64,000 bases of DNA from Dictyostelium discoideum. Its lineage: Eukaryota. The stretch spans positions 5,440,001 to 5,504,000 of the forward strand of contig CM000152.2 of the NCBI GenBank assembly GCA_000004695.1, given 5' to 3'. The position numbers were made by a program, and so were the translations under genes. This document shows positions 31,894 to 45,188 of this stretch, piece by piece; positions within the stretch are counted from its first letter, which is position 1; each line of letters starts with the position of its first letter. The notes beneath the pieces were generated by a model. The model had not been told where the DNA came from. It made no database searches and worked only from the letters and a program-made list of their open reading frames with translations.

Positions 31894-32593
31894 ATGTCAG
31901 ACGATTTTGCAAGTATGTTTACATATAGAGGGTCACTAAAAGAAGATGGTTTGTATACATTCACATTTATATACATATACATATAAAAAAGTTAATATAT
32001 ATATTATATTATTTATATACTAATTTAATTTTATTTAAAATATCAAAAACAAAAAGATGTAATTGATATTTCAGATGAAGATGAGGATGATTACATTGAA
32101 GAAACATTTGAAAAGTTTGATTTAAAGAAAAAGAGAAAACCCACATTACCAAATTTTCAATCATTAAAAAAATCAAAATCAGATACTAAAACATTCAATG
32201 AAAAGTCTGATAGTGGTGCACCTTTAGATAGTAATGATAGTAATATAAATTCACAAACATCTTCATCATCAATTAATTTGGATGATGGTAATGATGATGA
32301 TGATGAGGTTTCCTATATTTCAGAAAATAAAAATAAAAATAATAATAAAAATAATAATAATAGTAATACTAATAATACTAATAATAATAATAGTAATAGT
32401 AGTAGTAGAAGTAGTGGAAGTAATGGGAGTAATTACCCAGTTTATTCAATTGATGACGATGATGAACTCCCTTTACCAATTTATACAAAAACACCAGTTT
32501 CAAATTTTTTAAAAACAAGTCAAACTAATACGTCAAGTAATAGTAGTTTAAATAGTAATAATAATATAAATAATAATAGTAATAATAATAATA

Positions 32594-32638
<45 letters not shown>

Positions 32639-33402
32639 TTGATAATAATAATAATTTTTATAAAACACCATCAAAAAATAGTAATGATATGTATTATAGT
32701 GGAAGCCCAATGGGTGGTGTAAATAGTTCATATACAGGATCACCAGTACAAACAGAGAAAAGGATTAATGATCCTGTACCAATTTTTATTAAATGCACAG
32801 GTGAGGAAACTCAAAAGTTTATATTTTATTATGATACACCAATTCAAAAATTAGTAGATTTATATTGTTCACAAAAGAATTTGGATGTCAACACAGCACA
32901 ATTTAAATTGTATGGTTTAATGTTAGATTCTTCAAAAACACCAAGAGAATTACAACTATTGGATGATGATACTCTGGAAGTTGGTATTAAAATCACTAAA
33001 CCTGTTAATTTACCTCCAGAATTAACTTCAACAACTACCACAACAACAACAACAACAACAACAGCTGCCCCAATTGATGATGGCACACCAAAAGTATTTT
33101 TACAAGTTCGTTATGAAAATAATGTTCATAAATTTAGAATTGGGATGGTATGTAAAAGGATATATATATTTTTTAAAAAAAAAATATATATATATTAAAT
33201 CATTTTTTCTAAAATATAAATATATATATAGGCGGATCCTTTCTCAAAATTAGTTACAGCACTCACAAAAAAGATTAATACACCAATTCCAGATGGAAAA
33301 AAAATTGTATTAAAATTTGATGGTGTAATTTTAAATCCAAATACAACCCCAGAGGATGAAGATATGGAAGATGAATTCCTCATTGATGCTTTTTTAAAAT
33401 AA
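31894..33402 (+). CDS. Rad60/Esc2/NIP45-type protein with two C-terminal SUMO-like (ubiquitin-fold) domains; exons 31894..31912, 32057..33147, 33232..33402
   Basis: The first SUMO-like domain reads IFIKCTGEETQKFIFYYDTPIQKLVDLYCSQKNLDV...LQLLDDDTLEV. The second reads VFLQVRYENNVHKFRIGM|ADPFSKLVTALTKKINTPIPDGKKIVLKFDGVILNPNTT, with an acidic end. The introns are GTATGT...AAAAAG and GTATGT...TATATAG, and phases are consistent. The N-terminal part is acidic and Ser/Asn-rich. Confidence 0.7.
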
Positions 33403-33811
33403 TAGAAATAAAAAAAAAAAAACAAAAAAAAAAAAAAAAAACAAAAAAAAAAACAAATTTTATACCACAATTTTATACTTTAATTTATTAACATTTTTTT
33501 TTTATTTTTTATTTTTTTTATTTTTTGTAGTTTGGTTTTGTGGTTGTTATCATTATTATATTTTTTTTTGTTTTTATTTTTAATTTTTTTTTTTTCCAAC
33601 ATACTAATAATTATTTTCAAATAGAATTAGGTTTTTATAAAATATGAAATGTAAAATAATAATAATTCTTTTGATTAAATATTAGTTGTAATACTAACAA
33701 TACTTTTATTTTTATTTTTTTTTTTATTAAAATTGTAGTTTTTTAGATAAAAATAAAAAATAAAAAAAAAAAATAAAAAAAAAAAAGAAATAAATTTTAA
33801 AAAAAAAAGAA

Positions 33812-34718
33812 ATGTCTTTTAAAACAGTGAAACAAACAGAAGTTAATGTTGGAACCATTAATGTAAATTTAATTGAATTAGGTATTGGAAAAGTGGTTAT
33901 TGATGGAATTGTAACCAATTTTTATAAATCAACAGAAAGATTTGATTTATCATTCTCTGGTATTCCAAAAGTTGTTGCATGTATTAGAAATATTGAACCA
34001 TTTAATCAATTAAATGGTGCTAATAAAATTTGTGGTATAAATAGTAGTAATAATAATAATAATAATAATAATTATCAAATTTCAATAAAATCTAATATTA
34101 GTAATATTACATGTGATGGATTTGATTATGAATGTGAAATTCAGGGAAATAGTACCCATTTTACAGTTGATTATACAGCGGTTTATCATGTAAATTCAAA
34201 TCCAATTTCAAAATATTATAATAGAAAGGTATGTATTAAATCAGTACCATATGGAACTTACTTATCAAATAATAATGGTGTGATTGAAATGAGTGAAAAG
34301 CTACGTAAATATGAGGAATGGTTCATTGAAAGAGCTGCAACTGGTCCAAATTCATTGGATACTGATATCTATATTTTCAGTAAAACATTCAACAAATATT
34401 TAACCTTTAATCCATCAACGAATCAATTATCTCATGGTTCAATTTGTGAAAATAGTATATGGCGTTTAGAAGGTAACACTCAATTAAATCATGAAAAATT
34501 CACTCTATTCTCTGATACTTTTAATCAATATAATTTAAGAGCATTTGCAAATGGTGATACTGAAAATGGACTTTTTTTTAATGGTAATTATTTAAAATTT
34601 TATTTTATTAATTTTAAAATTAATTGTATAAAAAATATAAAATCTAATCTAAATAAAAAAAAAAAAAAAACTAGGTGATCAAGAATCTTTATTTGAAGTT
34701 ATTTTATTGAAACAATAG
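33812..34718 (+). CDS. Hypothetical protein with a beta-trefoil-like C-terminal half; possible short 3' intron 34584..34674
   Basis: The ORF is 33812..34678. The C-terminal region has repeating hydrophobic patterns (FNKYLTFNPSTNQLSHGS...WRLEG...FTLFSDTFNQYNLRAFANGDTENGLFFNG). An alternative end via G|GTAATT...CTAG|GT gives ...GDQESLFEVILLKQ*. The choice between the two ends is uncertain. Confidence 0.45.
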
Positions 34719-34813
34719 GATTTAGGTATTTTTTTTAAATAAAAAAAAAATAATAATAATAATAAAAGTTAAAGACTAGTTAGTTTTTAATATTTTGATA
34801 AGATTTGACCAAC

Positions 34814-34865
<52 letters not shown>

Positions 34866-34914
34866 CTTTATTTTTTTTTTTAACCTTTTTTTTTTTTTTT
34901 TTTTATTAATAGCA

Positions 34915-36996
<2,082 letters not shown>

Positions 36997-37141
36997 ATCT
37001 TTTTTTTTTTTATTTATTTTTATTTTTTTTTTTTTTTTTTTTGATTTTTTAACTGATCAAAAAATTTTTTGATTTCTTTTTTTTTTTTTTTTTTTGATTT
37101 TCTAAAAAAAAAAAAAACAAATAAAAAATAAATAAAAAAAA

Positions 37142-37912
37142 ATGGATATTTATATAGTAGATATTTTGTTTTTTAAAATTTGGAGAAATTTATATATTAG
37201 AAATCAAATAATAAATCATTTAGAAATTTTTAGAGAAAATAAAGAAGTTACAATTGATTCAAAAAATGATTTACTAACAAATAAATATAGAGATTATTTT
37301 TTAAAGATAATTTATCAAGGTTCAGAAATTTTATATGATAATGATTTACCAGAATGTGTTGAATTTTTAGAGATTGTAAATGATTTTGAAATTGATAATG
37401 AAAATAAGTTACCATTAATTTCATTAAAAAATCCACCAAGTTCATTGAAAACTCTTCAAATTACAAGTGGTTCAAGAATGAATATGAAATCATACCCACT
37501 GAATTTTTTCCCTGATTCAATTACAACTTTAAAATTTAGTGGAACTGATAATAGACAATTTCTACCACACACTTTTAAATCATCATCCAACATTACAAGT
37601 ATGTCATTTTCATTTTGGTATAATTTTCCATTTGAAATCAATAGTCTACCAAGTGGTATTAAAGAATTAAATTTTTTTAAATTTAGTAAATTCGATCAAG
37701 AATTCAAATTAAATCAAATACCAGAATCTTTAACAACTTTAAAATTACCAATATATTACTCTCATCCAATATCAAAAGAATTCATACAATCATTACCATT
37801 ATTAGAAACTTTGTTATTACCAGAATCATATGATTCTTTAGAATATGAATTTTTAAAATCAATAAAAAATATAAAATATTTTAAACCAATATATCATTTT
37901 ATAAATAAATAA
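37142..37912 (+). CDS. FNIP-repeat-containing protein (Dictyostelium-type FNIP repeats)
   Basis: The N-terminal FKIWRNLYIRNQI motif is typical of this family. There are repeated LP.S(L/I)..L.F...FN units (FFPDSITTLKFSGTDNRQFLPHTFKSS...SLPSGIKELNFFKFSKFDQEFKLNQIPESLTTLKL). Confidence 0.65.
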   Translation: MDIYIVDILFFKIWRNLYIRNQIINHLEIFRENKEVTIDSKNDLLTNKYRDYFLKIIYQGSEILYDNDLPECVEFLEIVNDFEIDNENKLPLISLKNPPSSLKTLQITSGSRMNMKSYPLNFFPDSITTLKFSGTDNRQFLPHTFKSSSNITSMSFSFWYNFPFEINSLPSGIKELNFFKFSKFDQEFKLNQIPESLTTLKLPIYYSHPISKEFIQSLPLLETLLLPESYDSLEYEFLKSIKNIKYFKPIYHFINK

Positions 37913-38047
37913 ATAAACAAATAAAAAAAAGTAAAAAAAAAAATAAAAAAAAAATTATATATTACATTTCTTGTATAGAAAATATTTTATTTAGTTAATT
38001 AATTAAAATTTATAAGTTTTTTTAAATATTTTATATTTTTTTTAAAT

Positions 38048-39370
38048 TTAAAATATTGAAATTAATAAAAGAGATAATAATAATAAATAATTTAAAATTA
38101 TTACAGTTGAATTTGAACTTTCATCTGGTGCACCATATGTTAAAGAGTATGCACTATTTTCAGTTGAAATTGAAAAAAGAGATGAATCAACTTGTTCATT
38201 TTTAATTTGAAATGAAAAACTTGAGAAATTACCAGTTAAACTTCCAATTGATTTAATTAATGTATATTTTTTATTATTTTTTGGTTGATAATCTAAACTT
38301 ACTGATAAACTTCCTTTTAATACAGTATTATGAGAAACAATTACTAAAGGAGATCCAACACCAACTGTTTTCATTGTTGTTTGTGGACCTAATAGTAAAG
38401 ACCCTTCGATATTGGTTTGAACATGATCTGATTGAACTAACAATGATGTTCCAGTAATATTTAAATCACCATTAATTGTATTTAATCCTGAAATTGTTAA
38501 TGAACCACCATTTCCATTTAAATTTGAATTAATTGTTGATGATGTTATTGAAAGTTGTGAAGTTGATCCAATTGATAAAGAATTAACACTATTTAATTTT
38601 GTTTTTAAAATTGAAATTTGATAATTTAAATTAATATTTTGGTCAATTGGTGATGTTGATGAGGATGAGGATGAGGATGAGGATGATGAATTTGATGGTT
38701 TTTTACCAAAATTTGAAACATCTAAACCATTTAATGTTAATTTACTTCCACTTTTAAAATTAATACCACTTTCAACTAGACGAATTGAACCAATTGTATT
38801 GTCACCTGAAAAAGTAACAGTTGGTTGATCGGCAAATTGTCCAGTTCCAATAATATTTGATTGAATTATTTGAGTAATTTTTGAATTTGAAACTTCGACA
38901 TTTATTAAACCACCAATAATATTTAAAGTTTTGAAAGTGGATGATGATATGGTTCCACTTGAAGGATTTGGATAACTTTGATATAAAAATGAAACTACTC
39001 CATTACCACTTACATTTGATAAACCAACATTTTGACTATTAATATTTAAATTACCATTAACAATTACATTTGAAATTGTTCCATTCAATAAATTTGAGTT
39101 GAGTACTTTTAGTGTTGAACCAAGTACTACTGAACCAAATGTACTATCCTTAATTACAACCAAATCCACTTCTACCACTGACCTTGATCCAATATTAATT
39201 ACTACATTATCACCAGATTGTGGTAATGCTCCACCAATCCAATTGGTAGCCTTACTCCATTGACATGGTGTTGTTATACAATCAATTTGATCATTGAATA
39301 AAACTTGAGAAGAATTTATTAATTTAAAAATAGAAATTATAATAAAAAGTAATAATAATTTAATATTCAT
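38048..39370 (-). CDS. Secreted, probably GPI-anchored Ser/Asn/Gly-rich surface glycoprotein
   Basis: There is an N-terminal signal peptide (MNIKLLLLFIIISIFKLINSSQ) and a C-terminal hydrophobic tail (VIILNYLLLLSLLLISIF) after small residues. Many N-x-S/T sites and a poly-Ser block are present. Repetitive NL(N)G.. segments suggest beta-helix-like repeats. Confidence 0.6.
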   Translation of the reverse strand: MNIKLLLLFIIISIFKLINSSQVLFNDQIDCITTPCQWSKATNWIGGALPQSGDNVVINIGSRSVVEVDLVVIKDSTFGSVVLGSTLKVLNSNLLNGTISNVIVNGNLNINSQNVGLSNVSGNGVVSFLYQSYPNPSSGTISSSTFKTLNIIGGLINVEVSNSKITQIIQSNIIGTGQFADQPTVTFSGDNTIGSIRLVESGINFKSGSKLTLNGLDVSNFGKKPSNSSSSSSSSSSSTSPIDQNINLNYQISILKTKLNSVNSLSIGSTSQLSITSSTINSNLNGNGGSLTISGLNTINGDLNITGTSLLVQSDHVQTNIEGSLLLGPQTTMKTVGVGSPLVIVSHNTVLKGSLSVSLDYQPKNNKKYTLIKSIGSLTGNFSSFSFQIKNEQVDSSLFSISTENSAYSLTYGAPDESSNSTVIILNYLLLLSLLLISIF

Positions 39371-39467
39371 TTTAATTTTATTTTATTATTTTAAAAAAAA
39401 AAAACTATAGATAAAAAAAAAAAAAAAAAAAAAAGAAGATGGGATAAAATAAAAATCTAAAAATATC

Positions 39468-39498
<31 letters not shown>

Positions 39499-39645
39499 AA
39501 AACATTTGGAATTATTTGAAATCAATCAAAAAACCTTGCACTAAAAATAAATTGGTTCAGTGAAAAAAAAAAAAATCAGTGTGGTTTTTTTTTTTTTTTT
39601 TTCTTGAAGTTTTAAAAAAAAAAAAAATAGTAAAATGTTTACTAT

Positions 39646-39705
39646 TTTTATTTTTATTTTTATTTTTATTTTTATTTTTATTTTTATTTTTATTTTTATT
39701 TTTTT
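39646..39705. repeat. (TTTTTA)n microsatellite
   Basis: About 10 tandem TTTTTA units lie just 3' of the Rce1-like gene. Confidence 0.9.
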
Positions 39706-39723
39706 ATATAAATGTTTATATAT

Positions 39724-40571
39724 TTAATAATTATAATGTAAATAGGGGAACCAATTAAGTGTCATATTTGAAATGATGAAAACAATGATAATATCTGCAC
39801 CACAATGAGCGAGAATAGAGGCTAATGGACCAACATACTTAGTTATATATACAAATAACCAACCACCAATAAATACTATTAATGTAGCCAAAGAACTAAT
39901 ATAAACATTATAAAATATTATTAATACCGCCTAAATTGTTTAAAAAAAAAAAAAAAAAAAAAATTGTCAATAATTTTTTAAAAAAAAATAAATAAATAAA
40001 TAAATAAATAAAAATAAAGTAAAGTATACATACAAAATGATAAAGTGCATAAAAAGTTGTTATAACAAGTCTATGTAATTTTGAAGAACCAAAAGTATTT
40101 GGCAAAAAACAACGCCACCACCATTCTTCAATGATTGGATTTACTAAGCTAAAATAAATATAAAAAATATATTCCATATTGAATGAATAATTTAATAACC
40201 CATATTGTGTTAATTTCGTAATTGTATTTGGTATAAACTATAATGATAATAATAATAATAAAAACTATTAGTTAAAATTATACCTTTTTTAAAGAGAAAA
40301 AAAAAAAAATACATACATCAGAAAATAAATAATAAAATAAACTTCCAAATGATAAACTAATTATTAGTATTATTAAACCAATAATGAATTGTGGTATTGA
40401 AAATAGAGATTTAAATATTTTAGTTGGTAATGACATTGGAGGTTCAAATTGTTGTTCTTTTGAATATATATCAATTAAATAATCTGTATCATTTATATCA
40501 TCAATGTCATTATAAATTGCTAAATTACTTTTATATTGTTTTCCACCAATTGATATATTATCATTCCTATA

Positions 40572-40610
<39 letters not shown>

Positions 40611-40623
40611 TTTTTTATTTTTC

Positions 40624-40660
<37 letters not shown>

Positions 40661-40992
40661 TATTTTTTGAAGAAGAAGAAGAAGAATTACTAATTAATGT
40701 TGTTTTGTTAAATTTATTAATTATTAAATCATAATTTTCATTCCTATAATTTTGATTATATCTACTATTGTCTAATGATGGATCAATAAATTTTGAATTT
40801 ATAAATAAGTATATTATTGGAACCAATATAATTGTAATATGAAAAGCAACGATTGCAATATAAATATCCTTCATAACATGAATAAATAATGCCATCTCTA
40901 TTGTGGGTAATATCATCATTACCAATAAAAACCAAAATCTTTTATCCTTTGTTGTTAATGGGTGATTAACTAAATTCCATTTCTATTAATGT

Positions 40993-41028
<36 letters not shown>

Positions 41029-41160
41029 TAGCAATAATAATAACCCAAAAACTTAAAATTAATAGTTGACCACCCATTAAAAAAAAAAAAAACTTACCAT
41101 ATATCTTTTATTATAATTTAATTTTGAAGAACAATAATCTATAATATTATCAATAAACAT
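39724..41160 (-). CDS. CAAX prenyl protease Rce1-like / CPBP (Abi) family intramembrane protease; 4 exons: 41160..41098, 40982..40317, 40237..40034, 39930..39724
   Basis: The CPBP motifs are EEWWWRCF (EExxxR), FYALYHF (FxxxH) and ILAHCGAD (HxxxD/N). The introns are GTAAGT...AATAG, GTATGT...TTATAG and GTATGT...TTTAG, all in frame. Exon 2 carries a long poly-N/K insertion. There are multiple TM helices. Confidence 0.75.
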
Positions 41161-41578
41161 TTTTTTTTTTTTCTCTTTTATTTAAACATACTTTTGAATG
41201 ATGGGACTACTTTTTTTTTTAAAAAAAAATCAAAAAAAAAAATTTTATTTTTTGTTTTTTAAAAAAAAAAAAAAAAATCTTAAACCTAAAAAAAAATAAA
41301 TTAAAAAAAAAAAATCAATTAAATAATAAAAATAATCATATTAAAATATATAAAAAAAATTTAATTATGACAAATAATAATAATAAAAAAATACATTAAA
41401 AAAAATTTAATTATAACATATGATAAAAATAATTATAATAAAAAAAAATAAAAAAAAAAGAAAAAAAAAAAAACTTATTTTGGTTATAAAACTTATTTTT
41501 AAAACAAAGATGATAGATGGTTATTTAAAAGGTGAATAATATCTAGAACTACTTAAATATTTATTTTTATTTTAAAAA

Positions 41579-41627
<49 letters not shown>

Positions 41628-41730
41628 CTTCTCTAAAAATTAAATTAATATCTTCATAACACCACTATAGTGACACAAAACCTCGCACAACCTATACCCG
41701 ATAATTTTTTATTTTTTTTAATTTTTTTTT

Positions 41731-41763
<33 letters not shown>

Positions 41764-41849
41764 TATTTTCAAATTTTCCCCTATTTAAAACCCAAATTAA
41801 ATTTCAACTCTCAAATTAATAATCAAATTGAATTAATAATATAAATACA

Positions 41850-42307
41850 ATGGGTAACAGGTAATTATTTATTTGATTTGATTTGATTTTATTTTAATAA
41901 TGTATTAACATTATTTATTATTTAAAAAATTAAAATTACTTTTTAATTATTTATTATGTAGAGCATTCAAATCACATCACGGTCACTTTTTAAGCGCTGA
42001 AGGCGAAGCTGTAAAGACTCACCACGGTCATCATGATCATCACACCCATTTCCACGTTGAAAACCATGGTGGTAAAGTTGCATTAAAGACCCATTGCGGT
42101 AAATACCTTTCAATTGGTGATCATAAACAAGTTTACCTCTCACACCACTTACACGGTGACCACTCACTCTTCCACTTAGAACATCATGGCGGTAAAGTCT
42201 CAATCAAAGGTCATCACCACCACTACATTTCCGCTGATCATCATGGTCATGTTTCAACCAAAGAACACCACGATCACGACACCACCTTTGAAGAAATTAT
42301 TATTTAA
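41850..42307 (+). CDS. hatA: Hisactophilin I (histidine-rich, pH-dependent actin-binding protein, N-myristoylated); exons 41850..41860 and 41962..42307
   Basis: The spliced product is MGNRAFKSHHGHFLSAEGEAVKTHHGHHDHHTHFHVENHGGKVALKTHCGKYLSIGDHKQVYLSHHLHGDHSLFHLEHHGGKVSIKGHHHHYISADHHGHVSTKEHHDHDTTFEEIII (118 aa). This matches my recollection of hisactophilin I. The intron GTAATT...TGTAG splits the Arg4 codon. Confidence 0.9.
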
Positions 42308-42375
42308 ACTAATTTTTTAATACCAATAAATTTAAAATGATGTTGTAAATAATATAATTATTTTTTTTATTTATT

Positions 42376-42480
42376 TATTCATTATTCATTTATTTATTTA
42401 TCATTATTCATTCATCCATTCAGTCATTCATTCATTCATTCATTCATTTGTTCATTTATTCATTTATTCGTTTATTCATT
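42376..42480. repeat. Imperfect (TCAT/TTCA)n microsatellite between the hisactophilin genes
   Basis: cattcattcattcattcatt... runs are visible in the sequence. Confidence 0.85.
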
Positions 42481-42924
42481 TTTTATCAATTTGTTTTTTT
42501 TTTTTTTTTGGTCAATAAAACAAAATTAAACACCCAATCTTTTAGTTGTTTTATTATTATTTTTTTTTTTTTTTTAGAAGGTTCTGACTTTTCAAATTGA
42601 TTATTTTTTTTAATATTTCCCACCCTATAATATAATTTTGGATAACACTTGAGAAATAAAGATGTGTTTTTAGAATTTTGTGCCATTTTTTCAAGTAAAA
42701 TGATGACGTGCGTTTCAGTTGATATTTTTGAATAATAAAATGAAATTTTCAGACAATTTTTATTTTTTTTTTATTTTTATTTTTTTTTTTATTATTTTTC
42801 AGAAACAGTTGGAAAACTGGTCAAGATTTTTTTTTTTTTCAGGCCAAAAAAAAAAACAATAAATTGAAAATTTTTTTTTAATCATTCAATATAAAAAACT
42901 TTTTATAAATAATATATACATACA

Positions 42925-43386
42925 ATGGGTAACAGGTAAATTATTAATTATAACTTTTAAATTATTATTTAATAATAATGTAATTTAAAATTCAAAATTT
43001 TAATTAATTAATTTTAAATTTATTTATAATAATATTATAGAGCATTCAAAGCACACAACGGTCACTACTTAAGCGCTGAACACGATCACGTCAAGACCCA
43101 CCACGGTCATCACGATCATCACACTCACTTCCATATCGAAAACCACGGAAGCAAAGTTGCCTTAAGAACCCATTGCGGTAAATACGTTTCAATTGGTGAC
43201 CATAAACAAGTTTACCTCTCACACCACTTACACGGTGACCACTCACTCTTCCACTTAGAACACCACCACGGTAAAGTCTCAATCAAAGGTCATCACCACC
43301 ACTACATCTCTGTTGACGGTCACGGTCATGTCTCTACCTCCCATCACCACGATCATCATGCTACTTTCGAAGAACACATCTTATAA
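42925..43386 (+). CDS. hatB: Hisactophilin II; exons 42925..42935 and 43041..43386
   Basis: The spliced product is MGNRAFKAHNGHYLSAEHDHVKTHHGHHDHHTHFHIENHGSKVALRTHCGKYVSIGDHKQVYLSHHLHGDHSLFHLEHHHGKVSIKGHHHHYISVDGHGHVSTSHHHDHHATFEEHIL (118 aa). It has the same gene structure as hatA and lies head-to-tail about 1.07 kb downstream. Confidence 0.9.
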
Positions 43387-44823
43387 ACAAATAAATAAAA
43401 CAATAAAAATGTTGTAAAATATTAAAAAATAAAAAAAAAAAAAAAAAAAAAAAATTCATTGTATTTTCATTTGATTCTTAAGATATTTTTTTAAAAAAAT
43501 ATCTAAAAATAAACAAAAATAAAAAGTTTTTTTTTATCTTAATAATATATTAATATTTAATAATAAAGATGTTTTATATAAATGATAATAAGTATTTAAA
43601 AGATAATATGATTTTGTGAGAAGATTTTTTATTTTTTTTTTTCCCTTTAACTTCATAAAAAATATATATATTGAAATATGTTTGAGAAATAAAACTACAA
43701 ACGAAATTCAAAAAATAAGATTTTATAATCTTTTTTTTTAAAAAAAAAAAATAAAAAAAAAAAAAAAAAAAAGATTATTATATAATCATCGTGTCAACTC
43801 TATTTAATGGTAAAACTTAAATAGAATTGGGAATTCATCAAATCATTCATTTTTAAAAATTATCGTACGCTGAACCTCAACCCAAAGAAATGTATATTCA
43901 CTTTTAAAGGTATTATATCAATGAAATAATACATAGAATTTTGTTATTAGGGTAGGTAATATGAAAATTTAGCCAAATTATGAAAGAAAAAATAATTATA
44001 AACCTTGCCAACCTGGTTTTATCTGTGCTGTGGCGATTGAATTCCAAAGTGGTTTTACTAATAATCCAAAAGGTCAATTTGAATTCCGTACAGGCTCAAC
44101 TCAATGGTCTAAACAAAAAGTCGATTAATTAACAAAGAAAAAAAAAAAAAAAAAAAAAAAAATTACGATTTGAATATTATTATGTGTTTTGATTTTTGAT
44201 AACTTATTTAAATTTGGATTTGTCAACTATTCATTTTAATTGCTTGGATTGATTCATTAAATTTCGTTTCATTTCTCCAATACTCTAAACTCGGTGATGA
44301 ATCCTTTTTAATAATATTTTTAGGTTTCCTTTTTTTTCATTTGAATCTAATTTTTTGATTTGTTCTATAATAATTTGAATATTTAATCCAATTGTATTAT
44401 TATGTAATTGTTGAAATATAATTGCATTTGATTTAATATTTTTATCTATATTCTTTAATTTTTAATTGAACTCAAGTTAATTAATCTGCTCAATAATCAC
44501 TATTATTATTACTATTATTATTACTATTATTATTATTATTATTTTTATCAGTACCACCACAATAACTTTATTATTTTTATCACCACTACCCTACTTTCAT
44601 TCAATTGAATGTGAAATTGTTGTAATAGTTTTTTAAACGAAATACTTAATAGATACAAATTGTATTGAATTGAATTATTAATTTCATTTTTACATAGTTG
44701 ATACAATTGCATCTAAAAGCTATTCAATCCAAATAAATTCAATGAGTAATAAATTTTAAAAATATTCCCTCCATCTATTTAAAATATTATAATTTAATTT
44801 TATATGTTATTACAATTATTTTG

Positions 44824-44865
<42 letters not shown>

Positions 44866-45015
44866 TGACTTTAATTTTTTTTTTTATTTTTTTTTTCCTA
44901 AAAAGGTTTTCCTCAGAAAGAATTAATTTTTAAATGAATCAGAAAAGGATGTAAAAAGGAATTATAGAAATTTATTCAATAATATTTTGTTAAAAAAAGG
45001 GAAAAGATAAAAATT

Positions 45016-45054
<39 letters not shown>

Positions 45055-45188
45055 AAAAAAAATATATATATATATATATATTAACTTAATTTTAATATTA
45101 ATTAAATATTTATTTTTTTTAAATAATAAATTATTTAATTATAGATTTATTGGAAATGATCTTCTTGTGTAATTTGGAGTGAAATCAT

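Noticed and set aside
34235-34250. Apparent GTATGT...CAG 16-nt 'intron' inside the 33812..34678 ORF
   Set aside because: It is far too short for a Dictyostelium intron (minimum about 55-60 nt), and the ORF is continuous through it.
41967-42203. Minus-strand ORFs (78 and 63 aa; also 43091..43282) reading RLYR..SGRVSGHRVSGVRGKLVY inside the hisactophilin genes
   Set aside because: They are antisense to the well-supported hatA and hatB coding exons and arise from the His-codon-rich sequence. They have no independent start context.
43985-44110. Possible tRNA gene in the GC-richer patch
   Set aside because: There is no GTTCGAATC-type T-loop, no cloverleaf-compatible acceptor/T-stem pairing and no CCA-adjacent structure. 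I kept it only as a candidate ncRNA or repeat fragment in the findings.
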